In this document: piece after piece, positions 14,778-24,376 of the stretch
How the letters are laid out: every line of letters starts with the position of its first letter
Numbering within the stretch: the stretch's first letter is position 1
The notes under the pieces: generated by a model
The model's database searches: none
What the model saw: the letters and a program-made list of their open reading frames with translations, nothing else
What the model was told of the DNA's origin: nothing
NCBI GenBank assembly: GCA_029858565.1
Contig: JAOUEV010000051.1
Location: forward strand, 1 to 24,449
Direction: 5' to 3'
Length of the DNA stretch: 24,449 nt
Origin: Nitrospirota bacterium
GTDB taxonomy: Bacteria; Nitrospirota; UBA9217
Translations under genes and position numbers: made by a program

Positions 14778-16194
14778 TGTTTCCATACCCGCTGTTCCCC
14801 GGCTGGTCGTTTCGGCTGTCCGGGGAGGGCTTGGCAAGACAACCATCTCTCTCGGTGTCATCGCGGCCTGGCGAAAAAATGGTTTTCGAGTTGCCCCATT
14901 CAAAAAGGGGCCGGATTTCATTGATGCCGGGTGGTTGGGCGCCGCAGCCGGTGGCAATTGCCATAATCTGGATCTCTTCCTGATGCAGGAAGAAGACATT
15001 AACCGTTCCTTCCAGCAGTACAGCGCAGGAATGGATGCGGCGATGATAGAGGGCAACCGGGGCCTCTTCGATGGGATGGACGAGGTCGGCACGTACAGTA
15101 CGGCCCGTCTTGCCCGTATGCTGGATGCTCCGGTGGCACTTGTTGTTGATTGCACGAAAACCTCGAGCACCGCGGCTGCGGTCGTTCTGGGGTGCAAACT
15201 TTTCGACCCAGCGCTTCGCTTGGGGGCGATCATTCTCAACAACGTGGCATCACCTCGCCACGAAAGCGTCATACGAAAAGCGGTCGAGCAGCATTGTGGC
15301 ATCGCTGTCGTGGGCGCAGTACCGAGGCTCCGTCACGGTGAATTTCCCGAACGGCATATGGGGCTTACGCCGTATCAGGAACACCCCAATGTACGGGGAG
15401 CTATAGAAGCAGCACGGGATGTCGCTGAGCGATACCTTGATCTAGAGGCGCTTTGGCGCATTGCTAAGGGCGATCGTGAAGAAGACCGACATCGCGCTGC
15501 ACCAACGTCGGAAGCCTATTCAAGGGTACAGCCGGACCGTATCGCGACGATAGGCGTTATCAGGGACCGGGCGTTTCAGTTTTACTATCCGGAAAACCTG
15601 GAGGCGCTGGAGCAGCAGGGTGCAACGATACGGTTCATTGATGCCCTGGAAGATGGTGAGTTGCCGGAGATCGACGCACTGTACATCGGCGGAGGGTTCC
15701 CGGAAACACAAGCGGCAGCCCTTGCGGAGAACCGGTCCTTTACGCAGTCCCTTCGGAACGCAGTGGATTCCGGGCTTCCGGTTTATGCAGAGTGCGGCGG
15801 GCTGATATATCTGGGGCGTACGCTTCGTATTAAGGATGATGTCTTTCACATGGCGGGGGTATTGCCGGCGGATTTTGAGCTTGAAAAACGGCCCCGTGCA
15901 CACGGGTATACGGTCGTTGAAGTGGATGGCAATAATCCGTTCTTTGAAAAGGGTAGTTTGATACGGGGACACGAGTTCCATTATTCCTACATCAAGAATC
16001 CCGCCGAGTTGTCTGAAATGGTCTTTGCCATGCGAAGAGGCAAGGGTATTGAAGGCGGCCGCGACGGTATCGTTCACAAGAACGTGTTGGCGACGTACAC
16101 GCACCTGCACGCAACGGGCACTCCGCAGTGGGCAGCGGGAATGATAAAAAGCGCCCGGTCCTATCGTCAGGGAAGAAAACAGGGGAGCGCGTGA
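14777..16194 (+). CDS. dsrN: DsrN, cobyrinate a,c-diamide synthase-like siroheme amidase; 5' end frameshifted or uses a non-canonical start
   Basis: The 14935 ORF frame extends upstream as PRLVVSAVRGGLGKTTISLG...PFKKGPDFIDAGWLG; later IEGNRGLFDG, ERHMGL, FQFYYPENLE, YAECGG, GHEFHYS, YTHLH. ATG 14777 is in a different frame. Confidence 0.92.
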
Positions 16195-16550
16195 GGAGAG
16201 AGCACGGAAGAGGGACGCCGCCTGAATGTCCATTTTGCGGCGCAGAGTTGAAGCGGCCGACGGAGAAGACAGTTTCCGACGGAGAGCAGGTGCTGGGCGG
16301 GTCCTGCCAATGCGGTGCGATATATCTGGTGGACACCACGGGAAAGAATGTTGGCACCATTATGTCGCAGGCGCTGGTCATGGCTGCTGAATCGCTGTCC
16401 AAGGATATTGGGCAGTTGGTCCCTGACACAGATTACCAGGAAGAGATCCTGAGCTATGACTGGCGTAATCACCGGTCCACAGGGGTGAATGCCGGTTACA
16501 TGGATCGAACCGGGCGATTGTACATAGTGAAGGTTATAAAAGCGGAGTAA
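16191..16550 (+). CDS. Hypothetical zinc-ribbon-like protein, 119 aa
   Basis: GTG start overlaps the dsrN stop (GTGA) with a GGGGAG RBS; CPFCG...GSCQCGAIYLVDTTGKNVG. Confidence 0.75.
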   Translation: MRREHGRGTPPECPFCGAELKRPTEKTVSDGEQVLGGSCQCGAIYLVDTTGKNVGTIMSQALVMAAESLSKDIGQLVPDTDYQEEILSYDWRNHRSTGVNAGYMDRTGRLYIVKVIKAE

Positions 16551-16563
16551 ATGAGCTCCATGC

Positions 16564-16592
16564 TTGCAATGCAGAGTTAGAGTGTGTATCAT
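16564..16592 (+). promoter_or_regulatory. Putative internal sigma70 promoter for dsrC
   Basis: TTGCAA-17 nt (ending TGTG)-TATCAT, about 140 nt before the dsrC ATG. Confidence 0.55.
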
Positions 16593-16734
16593 GCACCGCG
16601 TTGCGGTACCGGTACCTGACCTGAAGCGGTGCGTTCGATATTGAATTGTGAAGAGTATTCCACGCAGATTCATGCACGAACGAAAGAGACGCCCTAGAAT
16701 GCGTCCGAACATTTAAGAAAGGGGAACAAGGAAC

Positions 16735-17070
16735 ATGGGAACTATCTCGGTTAAGGGCAAGAACATTGAAGTGGATGAGGACGGCTTCCTGGCCAACCTC
16801 GACGACTGGAACATGGATGTGGCCAATTATTTTGCGGAGGTCGAAGGAATTGCGATGACCGACCAGCACTGGGAAGTCGTCAATTTCCTGCGCGATTACT
16901 ACAAGCAGTATCAGATCGCGCCGATGATCAAGATCCTCGTGAAAGAGATCGGTAAGAAGCTCGGACCGGACAAGGGCAACACCAAGTATCTGTATGAGCT
17001 CTATCCGGGCGGCCCGGCGAAGCAGGCTTGCAAGATCGCTGGTCTCCCCAAACCGACCGGCTGCGTGTAG
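16735..17070 (+). CDS. dsrC: DsrC sulfur carrier (TusE/DsrC family) with both C-terminal cysteines
   Basis: VDEDGFL, HWEVVNFLRDYY, GPAKQACKIAGLPKPTGCV. Confidence 0.98.
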   Translation: MGTISVKGKNIEVDEDGFLANLDDWNMDVANYFAEVEGIAMTDQHWEVVNFLRDYYKQYQIAPMIKILVKEIGKKLGPDKGNTKYLYELYPGGPAKQACKIAGLPKPTGCV

Positions 17071-17236
17071 CTCCATGCCGCAGATACTGCGGCAACCGGT
17101 TGCAGTCAGAGCATGATTTCGTTCTGCCGTGATCCTTCGATTATGGAGAACACCATGCGGTGCCGCATGGCGCTGACGTGCGGGCTGCGCCGAACACCAT
17201 CATAGAGGATGTTCAGTTCGAGGAGGGAAATTCACC

Positions 17237-17422
17237 ATGATCATGGTTACGGTGGATCAGAACAAATGTGACGGATGCGCGACCTGTTCAAACGTCTGCC
17301 CGCAGGCGGTTTTCAAGATAGAGAACGGGAAAGCTGATCCTGTCAATATGTCGGAATGCATCAATTGCCTCACCTGTGTGGAGAATTGCCCGCAGCAGGC
17401 GATCACGGTGCAAGAGATGTAG
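17237..17422 (+). CDS. 2x[4Fe-4S] ferredoxin
   Basis: CDGCATCSNVCP and CINCLTCVENCP; GAGGAGG RBS. Confidence 0.95.
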   Translation: MIMVTVDQNKCDGCATCSNVCPQAVFKIENGKADPVNMSECINCLTCVENCPQQAITVQEM

Positions 17423-17446
17423 TCAAGTGTACATTACAAAGAAGCA

Positions 17447-17480
17447 AGGGGATAGTTGAAAAATTATCCCCTCTTTTTTT
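17447..17480 (+). terminator. Intrinsic terminator after the ferredoxin gene
   Basis: AGGGGATAG-loop-TTATCCCCT followed by CTTTTTTT. Confidence 0.7.
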
Positions 17481-17517
17481 AGTTGTATGAGCTTAATACT
17501 GCAGGGAGGTGATCTGA

Positions 17518-17817
17518 ATGAAGCTGGCTGTGTTCTTAAGCGACTTGCGAAGGACCGAAGATACCTACGATCGGCTGAAAGCCGATAAGCTGGGTGTCAT
17601 TCTGGTCGAGAACGGCGTTTATCATGCAGTGTTAAAGGAAGGCGGGAAGGATTCTCCCATCCTGAGCAAGGCCGGTGCGAACTTCTATGTTCTTTCCGAT
17701 GACCTGGAGACCCGCGGATTCACCGCGGCGCAGGTAAATTCCAAGGTGAAGGTAGTGAGCTACGGCGACATCGTCGACCTGATCATGAATGACTATGAAA
17801 AGACCGCGTGGCTGTAA
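17518..17817 (+). CDS. dsrH: DsrH/TusB-family sulfur relay protein
   Basis: VILVENGVYHA, FYVLSDDLETRG, VVSYGDIVDLI...W; GGAGG RBS. Confidence 0.8.
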   Translation: MKLAVFLSDLRRTEDTYDRLKADKLGVILVENGVYHAVLKEGGKDSPILSKAGANFYVLSDDLETRGFTAAQVNSKVKVVSYGDIVDLIMNDYEKTAWL

Positions 17818-17877
17818 CTCGTAGTATATCTCAGGGGATACAGCAGTAAATATTTCCATATTGATAAGGAGGAGCAC

Positions 17878-18237
17878 ATGGGCGTTTTCACAATGGGTGT
17901 TTTCCCTTCCCTGGTCGGCTCCGGTACCCTTGATTTTTCCTTTAAGCTCGCCGAAGCGGCGCTGGCCAAGGGGCACACGGTGAATATGTGGCTTTCCGGG
18001 AATGCAGTGATGATGGCGAAGAAGGGACAGCGTGCGTTCAAAGATTATTCCCATCTCGAAAAAAAGATGATGGAGCTCGTTGGCAAGGGCATGGCGATCA
18101 CAGTGTGTGAAGCTTGCGCCGAAGCACGGGGCTACCACAAAGAGGATACACCCGAGGGGATGAAGCGCGCAAGCATGGACTGGTACCTCGCGAAGACCTT
18201 TAAATCAGACAGGGTCCTTCATATAGGAGGTGAGTAA
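17878..18237 (+). CDS. dsrE: DsrE/TusD-family sulfurtransferase
   Basis: AEAALAKGHTVNMWLSGNAV...VCEACAEARG, with Cys at the DsrE active-site position; AAGGAGG RBS. Confidence 0.78.
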   Translation: MGVFTMGVFPSLVGSGTLDFSFKLAEAALAKGHTVNMWLSGNAVMMAKKGQRAFKDYSHLEKKMMELVGKGMAITVCEACAEARGYHKEDTPEGMKRASMDWYLAKTFKSDRVLHIGGE

Positions 18238-18650
18238 TGGGTGCGTTGAAATTATGCTTTGTTGTGCAGAGACCGCCGTATAAGAGCGAGAATCCCCGGC
18301 TGGCCCTGACCCATTCTATTTCCAGCCAGACGGCGGAGATCCACCTGGAAGACGGTGAAACGGTCGTCCCCACGCTCATTTTCGTGGGAGACGGCGTCCT
18401 GAATGCCACGAAGAACCAACAGGCAATGAAGCTTTACGGCGTGACGAGCACGGAGAGCCACATCAAGAACGGTCTCCTGATCGACATGCCTATCTGGGTC
18501 TGCAAGGAAGACATGGAGCGCCTTGGTCTCAAGGAAGATCAGATGATCGCTGACGCTGAGGACATGGGCGCGGATCTGAAGACAAAGTTCGTATCCTTCG
18601 CCGAGATCCAGAAAGAAATTGAAGCCTGTCCGCATCTTTTGTTCTTCTAG
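18237..18650 (+). CDS. dsrF: DsrF/TusC-family protein
   Basis: FVVQRPPY, LIFVGDGVL...KNQ, VCKEDMERLGL; TAATG overlap with the dsrE-like gene. Confidence 0.72.
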   Translation: MGALKLCFVVQRPPYKSENPRLALTHSISSQTAEIHLEDGETVVPTLIFVGDGVLNATKNQQAMKLYGVTSTESHIKNGLLIDMPIWVCKEDMERLGLKEDQMIADAEDMGADLKTKFVSFAEIQKEIEACPHLLFF

Positions 18651-18714
18651 CACGATTGTTCCCGGGGGAGCCCCGCGGTGTAAGCCGCGGGGCGGCGGGG
18701 AGGGGCGGAGCACG

Positions 18715-19230
18715 ATGGACCTGAAAGAAATACTGCGACAAAAGCGCGAAGATATCGTCGATCGGTGGTTCGAGGCTATATTAAGCTCCTATCATGAGGA
18801 TGCACGGGGCCCAATGCGCCGTACACAGGCGCAATTCACGAATCCCGTCGGCTTCAACTTCCGCGAAGGTCTTGAGGGTCTCTTTGACGCCGTTCTGCAA
18901 GGGATGCTGCCTGACACGGTAACCGGTTTTCTCGACGCCATCGTCCGTCTCCGCGCGGTTCAGGATTTTTCCCCGTCCCAATCCCTGTCATTTATCTTTG
19001 AACTAAAAAAAATCCTGCGCGCTGCTGCTGGCGCCGAACTATCGGGTGATCCGGAAACAGCGGATGAACTGGTTCGGCTTGACGGGGTCATTGATGACCT
19101 GGCTCTCTTCGCATTCGATCTGCACATGGAGTGTCGGGAAAAGATCTACGCACTAAAGGCGCAGGAGGCTCGAGACATGACGTTTCGCCTTCTCCAAAAG
19201 GCGCAGTTGATCGCCGAGCATCAGGAATAG
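18715..19230 (+). CDS. dsrT: DsrT (RsbRD N-terminal domain protein)
   Basis: MDLKEILRQKREDIVDRW...FTNPVG...LRAVQDFSPSQSLSFIFELK...LALFAFD...CREKIY; directly upstream of dsrM. Confidence 0.9.
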   Translation: MDLKEILRQKREDIVDRWFEAILSSYHEDARGPMRRTQAQFTNPVGFNFREGLEGLFDAVLQGMLPDTVTGFLDAIVRLRAVQDFSPSQSLSFIFELKKILRAAAGAELSGDPETADELVRLDGVIDDLALFAFDLHMECREKIYALKAQEARDMTFRLLQKAQLIAEHQE

Positions 19231-19292
19231 AGCGGTCACTGCGGCTATCATAGCTCCATTCGTAGTTACTTTAAACGAAACGAGGTACTGAT

Positions 19293-20288
19293 ATGACAGC
19301 CATAATTTCGTTCATCGCAGTTCTCCTGCTGGTGGCGATCGGCTATGTCGGAGGAAGTGCGGGTCCATCGGTCCGTTTCCTTTTCGGCGTGGTAATTCCC
19401 TATGCGGCATTCATCTTCTTCGTCGGCGGTTTGATCGCACGCATCATGAAATGGGCGAGCTCTCCGGTGCCGTTCAACATCGTTACGACGACAGGCCAGC
19501 AGAAGACCCTGCCCTGGATCAAGCACAGCAAGATAGAAAGTCCCTACAGCGCATTTGGCGTGGTCATCCGCATGGCGCTGGAGATACTGGCGTTCCGGTC
19601 CCTTTTCCGCAATCTGAAGACACAACTGCATGAAGGCGGACGTGTGGCCTACGGCGAAGCAAAATGGCTTTGGATGGCCGGCCTGGCTTTCCATTACTCT
19701 TTTGCGATCATCCTGTTCCGCCATCTTCGTTTCTTCATCGAAAAGGTCCCTGTTGCCGTTCAGATGACTGATATGCTGGATAGCTTTCTTCAGATCGGCG
19801 CTCCGCTCCTGTACGCTACCGATGTCGTCCTCCTGGGAGCGGTCACCTATTTGTTCATCCGCCGCGTGGCCATCCCGCAGGTGCGCTACATATCGCTTGC
19901 GGCTGACTATTTCCCTTTGTTCCTGATCTTCGGGATCGGCGCGACAGGTGTGTTGATGCGGTATTTCACGAAGACCGATATCATTAGTGTGAAGATGCTG
20001 GCCATGGGACTGATCAGCTTCAAACCGGTCGTGCCTGACACCATCGGCGCAATGTTCTTCGTTCACCTTTTCCTGCTTTCAGTTCTGTTCGCTTATTTCC
20101 CACTGAGCAAGCTGGTGCACATGGGCGGCGTATTCCTGAGCCCCACGCGGAACCTGCCGAACAACAGCCGGGCGGTGCGCCACGTCAACCCCTGGAACTA
20201 TCCTGTGCACGTTCATACGTATGAGGAGTATGAGAATGACTTCAGGGATAAGATGAAAGAGGCCGGCCTGCCGGTAGAAAAGGAGTAA
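19293..20288 (+). CDS. dsrM: DsrM, NarI-like membrane cytochrome b
   Basis: KWASSPVPFNI, SLFRN, WLWMAGLAFHYS...RHLR, YFPLSKLVHMGGVFLSPTRN, NPWN. Confidence 0.97.
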   Translation: MTAIISFIAVLLLVAIGYVGGSAGPSVRFLFGVVIPYAAFIFFVGGLIARIMKWASSPVPFNIVTTTGQQKTLPWIKHSKIESPYSAFGVVIRMALEILAFRSLFRNLKTQLHEGGRVAYGEAKWLWMAGLAFHYSFAIILFRHLRFFIEKVPVAVQMTDMLDSFLQIGAPLLYATDVVLLGAVTYLFIRRVAIPQVRYISLAADYFPLFLIFGIGATGVLMRYFTKTDIISVKMLAMGLISFKPVVPDTIGAMFFVHLFLLSVLFAYFPLSKLVHMGGVFLSPTRNLPNNSRAVRHVNPWNYPVHVHTYEEYENDFRDKMKEAGLPVEKE

Positions 20289-20290
20289 TC

Positions 20291-21910
20291 ATGTCCAAAC
20301 TTCCGAAACCTGCTGAATTAGCGAAAGTCTCATATCAGCTTCCCAAGACCGGCTGGATGGATACTCCTGTTGAGTTCAAGCCGGGGATGTTCTGCCACGG
20401 GTCTAAGCCCAAGAGCCTGGAACTGGTGGGGTTTCCCAATCCCCGCGAATGGCGGCCTGCGGACGCTGACTGGAAGCTTCCTGAAAACTGGAAAGAGATC
20501 ATCATTGAGGGGATCGCCGATCGCCTTAAGAAGTACCGGTCCTTCCGGCTGTTCATGGACATCTGCGTGCGCTGCGGCGCCTGCGCGGACAAGTGCCATT
20601 TCTTCATCGGCACCGGCGATCCGAGGAATATGCCGGTACTTCGCGCCGAGCTGATCCGGTCTGTGTACCGCAAGGAATTCACGACTGCCGGAAAGATCCT
20701 CGGCAAGATGGCCGGCGGCCGGGAACTCACTCTCGATGTGCTGAAAGAATGGTGGTACTACTTCTATCAGTGCACGGAATGCCGTCGCTGCTCGGTCTTC
20801 TGCCCCTACGGCATCGATCAGGCGGAGATCACCATCATCGGACGCGAGCTGCTCAACCTGCTTGGTCTGAACATCGAGTGGATCGCGGGCCCGGTCTCGA
20901 ACTGCTACATGAAAGGCAACCACCTGGGCCTTGAACCCCACACGATCGTCGGCAACCTCGAGTATATGCTCGATGACATCGAAACGGTCACCGGCAAGCG
21001 CATCAAGCCGACATTTAACCGGAAGGGCGCGGAGATCCTGTTCGTGACGCCTTCGGGAGATCTGTTCGCTGATCCAGGCACGTACACTGCCATGGGGTAC
21101 CTCATGCTGTTCGAGGAGCTCGGCCTGGATTATACCTGGAGCACCTACGCATCTGAAGGCGGAAACTTCGGGTTCTTCACCTCGAACGAGATGGGCAAAC
21201 GGCTCAATTCCAAGATCTACGCAGAAGCCAAGCGACTCGGCGTGAAATGGATCCTCGGCGGGGAATGCGGACATATGTGGCGCGTGCTCTCGCAGTATAT
21301 GGACACCTGGAACGGCCCTGCCGACTTCCTCGAAGTGCCAAAATCGCCGATCACCGGCACGGTGTTCGAGAACGCCAAATCCATGAAAATGGTCCATGTC
21401 GCCGAATTTACCGCGGACCTGATCAAGAACAACAAGCTCAAGCTGGATCCGAGCCGCAATGACCATCTCAAGGTCACGTGGCACGATTCCTGTAACGTTG
21501 CCCGCGGCATGGGCATGCTTGAGGAACCGCGGTACGTGCTGAAGAGCGTGGTCAACAACTTCGTGGAAATGCCTGAAGACACCATTCGCGAAAAGACCTT
21601 CTGCTGCGGCAGCGGCACCGGTTTGAACGCTTCGGAGAACATGGAGCTTCGCATGAAGGGCGGCTTCCCCCGCGCGAATGCGGTCAAGTATGTCCACGAG
21701 CACCACGGCGTCAATATGCTGGGCAATGTCTGCGCAATCGACCGCGCGTCCCTGAAAGCCCTCATGGAGTACTGGGTGCCAGGCGTGGGCGTATGCGGAC
21801 TCCATGAACTGGTTGCCAATGCCATGATCATGACGGGTGAAAAGGAGAGGACGACCGACCTGCGCGGCGAGCCCCTTCCGAGCGTTGCTGCGAAGGAGGA
21901 AAAAGCCTGA
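20291..21910 (+). CDS. dsrK: DsrK, HdrD-like Fe-S catalytic subunit
   Basis: CVRCGACADKCH, CTECRRCSVFCP, GECGH, HDSCN, TFCCGSG, CAID. Confidence 0.98.
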   Translation: MSKLPKPAELAKVSYQLPKTGWMDTPVEFKPGMFCHGSKPKSLELVGFPNPREWRPADADWKLPENWKEIIIEGIADRLKKYRSFRLFMDICVRCGACADKCHFFIGTGDPRNMPVLRAELIRSVYRKEFTTAGKILGKMAGGRELTLDVLKEWWYYFYQCTECRRCSVFCPYGIDQAEITIIGRELLNLLGLNIEWIAGPVSNCYMKGNHLGLEPHTIVGNLEYMLDDIETVTGKRIKPTFNRKGAEILFVTPSGDLFADPGTYTAMGYLMLFEELGLDYTWSTYASEGGNFGFFTSNEMGKRLNSKIYAEAKRLGVKWILGGECGHMWRVLSQYMDTWNGPADFLEVPKSPITGTVFENAKSMKMVHVAEFTADLIKNNKLKLDPSRNDHLKVTWHDSCNVARGMGMLEEPRYVLKSVVNNFVEMPEDTIREKTFCCGSGTGLNASENMELRMKGGFPRANAVKYVHEHHGVNMLGNVCAIDRASLKALMEYWVPGVGVCGLHELVANAMIMTGEKERTTDLRGEPLPSVAAKEEKA

Positions 21911-22344
21911 TGAAGATCTATAACGGTGGACCGATATTCCTCGGCATCCTGGTATTCCTGGCGATTGCGCTCTTTCCGTTCTACAACAATTTCGGAAAGG
22001 TGAACGCAAAACCGGAGCCGAAGGTGGACACTCCGGCGATCCAGGAGTACGAGAAGGCCAACGGCAAGAAAGAATGCATCGAGTCAAAGGAATGGATGCG
22101 CGGGGAGCACATGCAGATCCTGAACCAGTGGCGTGATTCGGTGGTTCGCGATTACAATCGCACTTACAAGAGCAACTCGCATCCTAATGCTGCTCCGTTT
22201 AACATGAGCCTGCAGAGCGGCTGCATGAAGTGTCATTCAAACAAGAAGAAATTCTGTGACGAGTGCCACAACTATCTGTCCGTCAAGCCCTATTGCTGGG
22301 ATTGCCATATCCAGCCCGAGGAGAAGGAGGAGGTAAAATCATGA
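21910..22344 (+). CDS. dsrJ: DsrJ, triheme cytochrome c
   Basis: N-terminal anchor, MRGEHMQILNQWRDSVVR, CMKCH, CDECH, CWDCH. Confidence 0.97.
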   Translation: MKIYNGGPIFLGILVFLAIALFPFYNNFGKVNAKPEPKVDTPAIQEYEKANGKKECIESKEWMRGEHMQILNQWRDSVVRDYNRTYKSNSHPNAAPFNMSLQSGCMKCHSNKKKFCDECHNYLSVKPYCWDCHIQPEEKEEVKS

Positions 22345-23186
22345 GCATGGATAGGAGACAGTTTCTGAAATTCTCCGGCATCGCCTCCATCCTGGGGTTC
22401 GGCGCCACGGTAGCGGACGCGACCAATCTGATAACGGGAAAGCAGCTTCTCCCCCCTCAGGTGGATAAGAACAAGGAGACTCTCACTGCTAAGCGGTGGG
22501 CAATGGTCGTGGACATGAGCAAGTTCAAGACCGACGAGGATTTCCAGAAGACGATCACGGCCTGCCACAGCATCCATAACGTCCCTGATTTCCGGAAACC
22601 TGATGGCGCTCCCGACCGGAAGTTCGAGGTCAAGTGGATATGGAAGAGCACCTATGAAAAGGCGTTCCCGGGCATGGAAAGCCAGTATCAGAGCGAGCAT
22701 GTGAAGGATATGCCCTTCATGCTGCTGTGCAATCACTGCACGAATCCGGCATGCGTACGGGTCTGCCCCACGAAGGCGACCTATAAACTGCCTGACGGCA
22801 TCACGATGCAGGATATGCATCGTTGTATCGGATGCCGCTTCTGCATGGCAGCCTGTCCTTACGGTGCCAGAAGCTTCAACTGGGTCGATCCGCGCCGGGC
22901 TGCGAATCTCGATCCGGCCAAAGGCGGCAAAGTGAACCCTGAATATCCTACCCGCACCAAAGGCGTGGTGGAAAAATGCACGTTCTGTACTGAACGGCTT
23001 GCTGTCGGGAAGAGGCCTGCCTGTGTCGAGACAGCTCCAGCGGGAGCCTTGCTCTTCGGCGATCTGGAAGATCCAAACTCGGAGGTCAGGAAGATCGTGA
23101 CAAACAAGCTTACGATCCGCAGAAAGCCTGAGCTGGGAACGGGTCCGGCGATCTACTATCTGATCGGAGGTGGCGACCATGCTTGA
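22341..23186 (+). CDS. dsrO: DsrO, periplasmic Fe-S protein with a Tat signal
   Basis: MSMDRRQFLK; CNHCTNPACVRVCP, CIGCRFCMAACP, KCTFC; ATGA overlap with dsrJ and GGAGG RBS. Confidence 0.96.
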   Translation: MSMDRRQFLKFSGIASILGFGATVADATNLITGKQLLPPQVDKNKETLTAKRWAMVVDMSKFKTDEDFQKTITACHSIHNVPDFRKPDGAPDRKFEVKWIWKSTYEKAFPGMESQYQSEHVKDMPFMLLCNHCTNPACVRVCPTKATYKLPDGITMQDMHRCIGCRFCMAACPYGARSFNWVDPRRAANLDPAKGGKVNPEYPTRTKGVVEKCTFCTERLAVGKRPACVETAPAGALLFGDLEDPNSEVRKIVTNKLTIRRKPELGTGPAIYYLIGGGDHA

Positions 23187-24351
23187 GAAAGCACTGGAAG
23201 GAAGCAAGAAATACTGGGCATGGGTGTTCTTTCTCGGCATCTTTGCCTTGAGCGGGACCTATTGGTACATACGGCAGTTCAATGAAGGCCTTGGTTTGAC
23301 CGGCATGCACCGTGACGTGTCGTGGGGATTGTATATCGGCCAATTCACGTTCCTGGTCGGTGTTGCAGCGTCGGCCGTCATGCTTGTGATCCCGTACTAT
23401 CTCCATGACTTCAAGAAGTTCGGGAAGATCGTGATCCTCGGCGAGTTCCTGGCGATCTCGGCTGTGACCATGTGCATCCTGTTCATCTTCGTGGACATGG
23501 GACAGCCAATGCGCATCATGAACGTGATGCTGCATCCGACACCGGGTTCGGTCATGTTCTGGGACTCGGTCGTGCTGTCCGGCTATCTCTTCATCAACGC
23601 ACTGGTCGGCTGGGTGACCCTGGGCGCTGACAAGAAGGGTGTGCCTCCGCCGAAGTGGATCAAACCGTTCATTTATCTTTCGATCCCCTGGGCCATCAGT
23701 ATTCACACCGTGACGGCGTTCCTGTATTCCGGCGTTCCCGGCCGTCATTTCTGGCTCACGGCGGTCATGGCTGCCCGGTTCCTGGCGTCGGCATTCGCCG
23801 GCGGCCCGGCGCTGCTGATCATATTGGCACTGATCGTGCGAAAGGTCAGCAAGTTCGATGCGGGCAAGGATGTGATCCAGGCGATCAGCAGGATCGTGGC
23901 CTATGCCATGTTTGCCAACGTTTTCCTGCTCGGGCTGGAGTTCTTTACCGCGTTTTACAGCGGCATCCCGGGTCATCAGCATCCCTTTGTGTATCTGTAC
24001 AAAGGCCTTGACGGTCATTCTGAACTGGTAACGCTCATGTGGACGTCATCGATCTTTGCGGCAGTGTCGCTCATCATGCTCTGGGTCCCCAAGATCCGGA
24101 GGAACGAAGGACTGCTGGCGCTTGCGTGCATCATGCTGTTTTCGTCCCTCTGGATCGACAAGGGTTTCGGCCTGATCATCGGTGGTTTTGTGCCGAATCC
24201 TTTCGAGGAGGTGAATCCCTACTGGCCCACCTATCCCGAGACCATGATCACGATCGGGGTTTGGGCAATCGGATTCATCGTCCTTACCTTCCTGTATAAG
24301 ATCGCCATCTCTGTCAGGGAACAGACGGCGGGCGTGGAGATCGAACACTGA
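23179..24351 (+). CDS. dsrP: DsrP, NrfD/PsrC-family membrane protein
   Basis: TGMHRDVSWGLYIGQFTFLVGVAASAVM, SIPWAISIHTVTAF, ARFLASAF, WIDKG; ATG 23179 follows GGAGG. Confidence 0.97.
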   Translation: MLEKALEGSKKYWAWVFFLGIFALSGTYWYIRQFNEGLGLTGMHRDVSWGLYIGQFTFLVGVAASAVMLVIPYYLHDFKKFGKIVILGEFLAISAVTMCILFIFVDMGQPMRIMNVMLHPTPGSVMFWDSVVLSGYLFINALVGWVTLGADKKGVPPPKWIKPFIYLSIPWAISIHTVTAFLYSGVPGRHFWLTAVMAARFLASAFAGGPALLIILALIVRKVSKFDAGKDVIQAISRIVAYAMFANVFLLGLEFFTAFYSGIPGHQHPFVYLYKGLDGHSELVTLMWTSSIFAAVSLIMLWVPKIRRNEGLLALACIMLFSSLWIDKGFGLIIGGFVPNPFEEVNPYWPTYPETMITIGVWAIGFIVLTFLYKIAISVREQTAGVEIEH

Positions 24352-24376
24352 TCCAGTCCTAGCGAACACTTCTCTC

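Noticed and set aside
16646-16664. Rex-like half site TTGTGAA upstream of dsrC
   Set aside because: The second half-site does not match at the required spacing.
22495-22580. DsrO lacks most cysteines of its first Fe-S motif
   Set aside because: Loss of this cluster is a known variation in DsrO of sulfate reducers, so it is not novel.
12437-24018. Long antisense ORFs (12437-13363, 13415-14389, 20330-22087, 22290-23240, 23110-24018 and similar ones elsewhere)
   Set aside because: Shadow ORFs of GC3-rich genuine genes, with no recognisable motifs.
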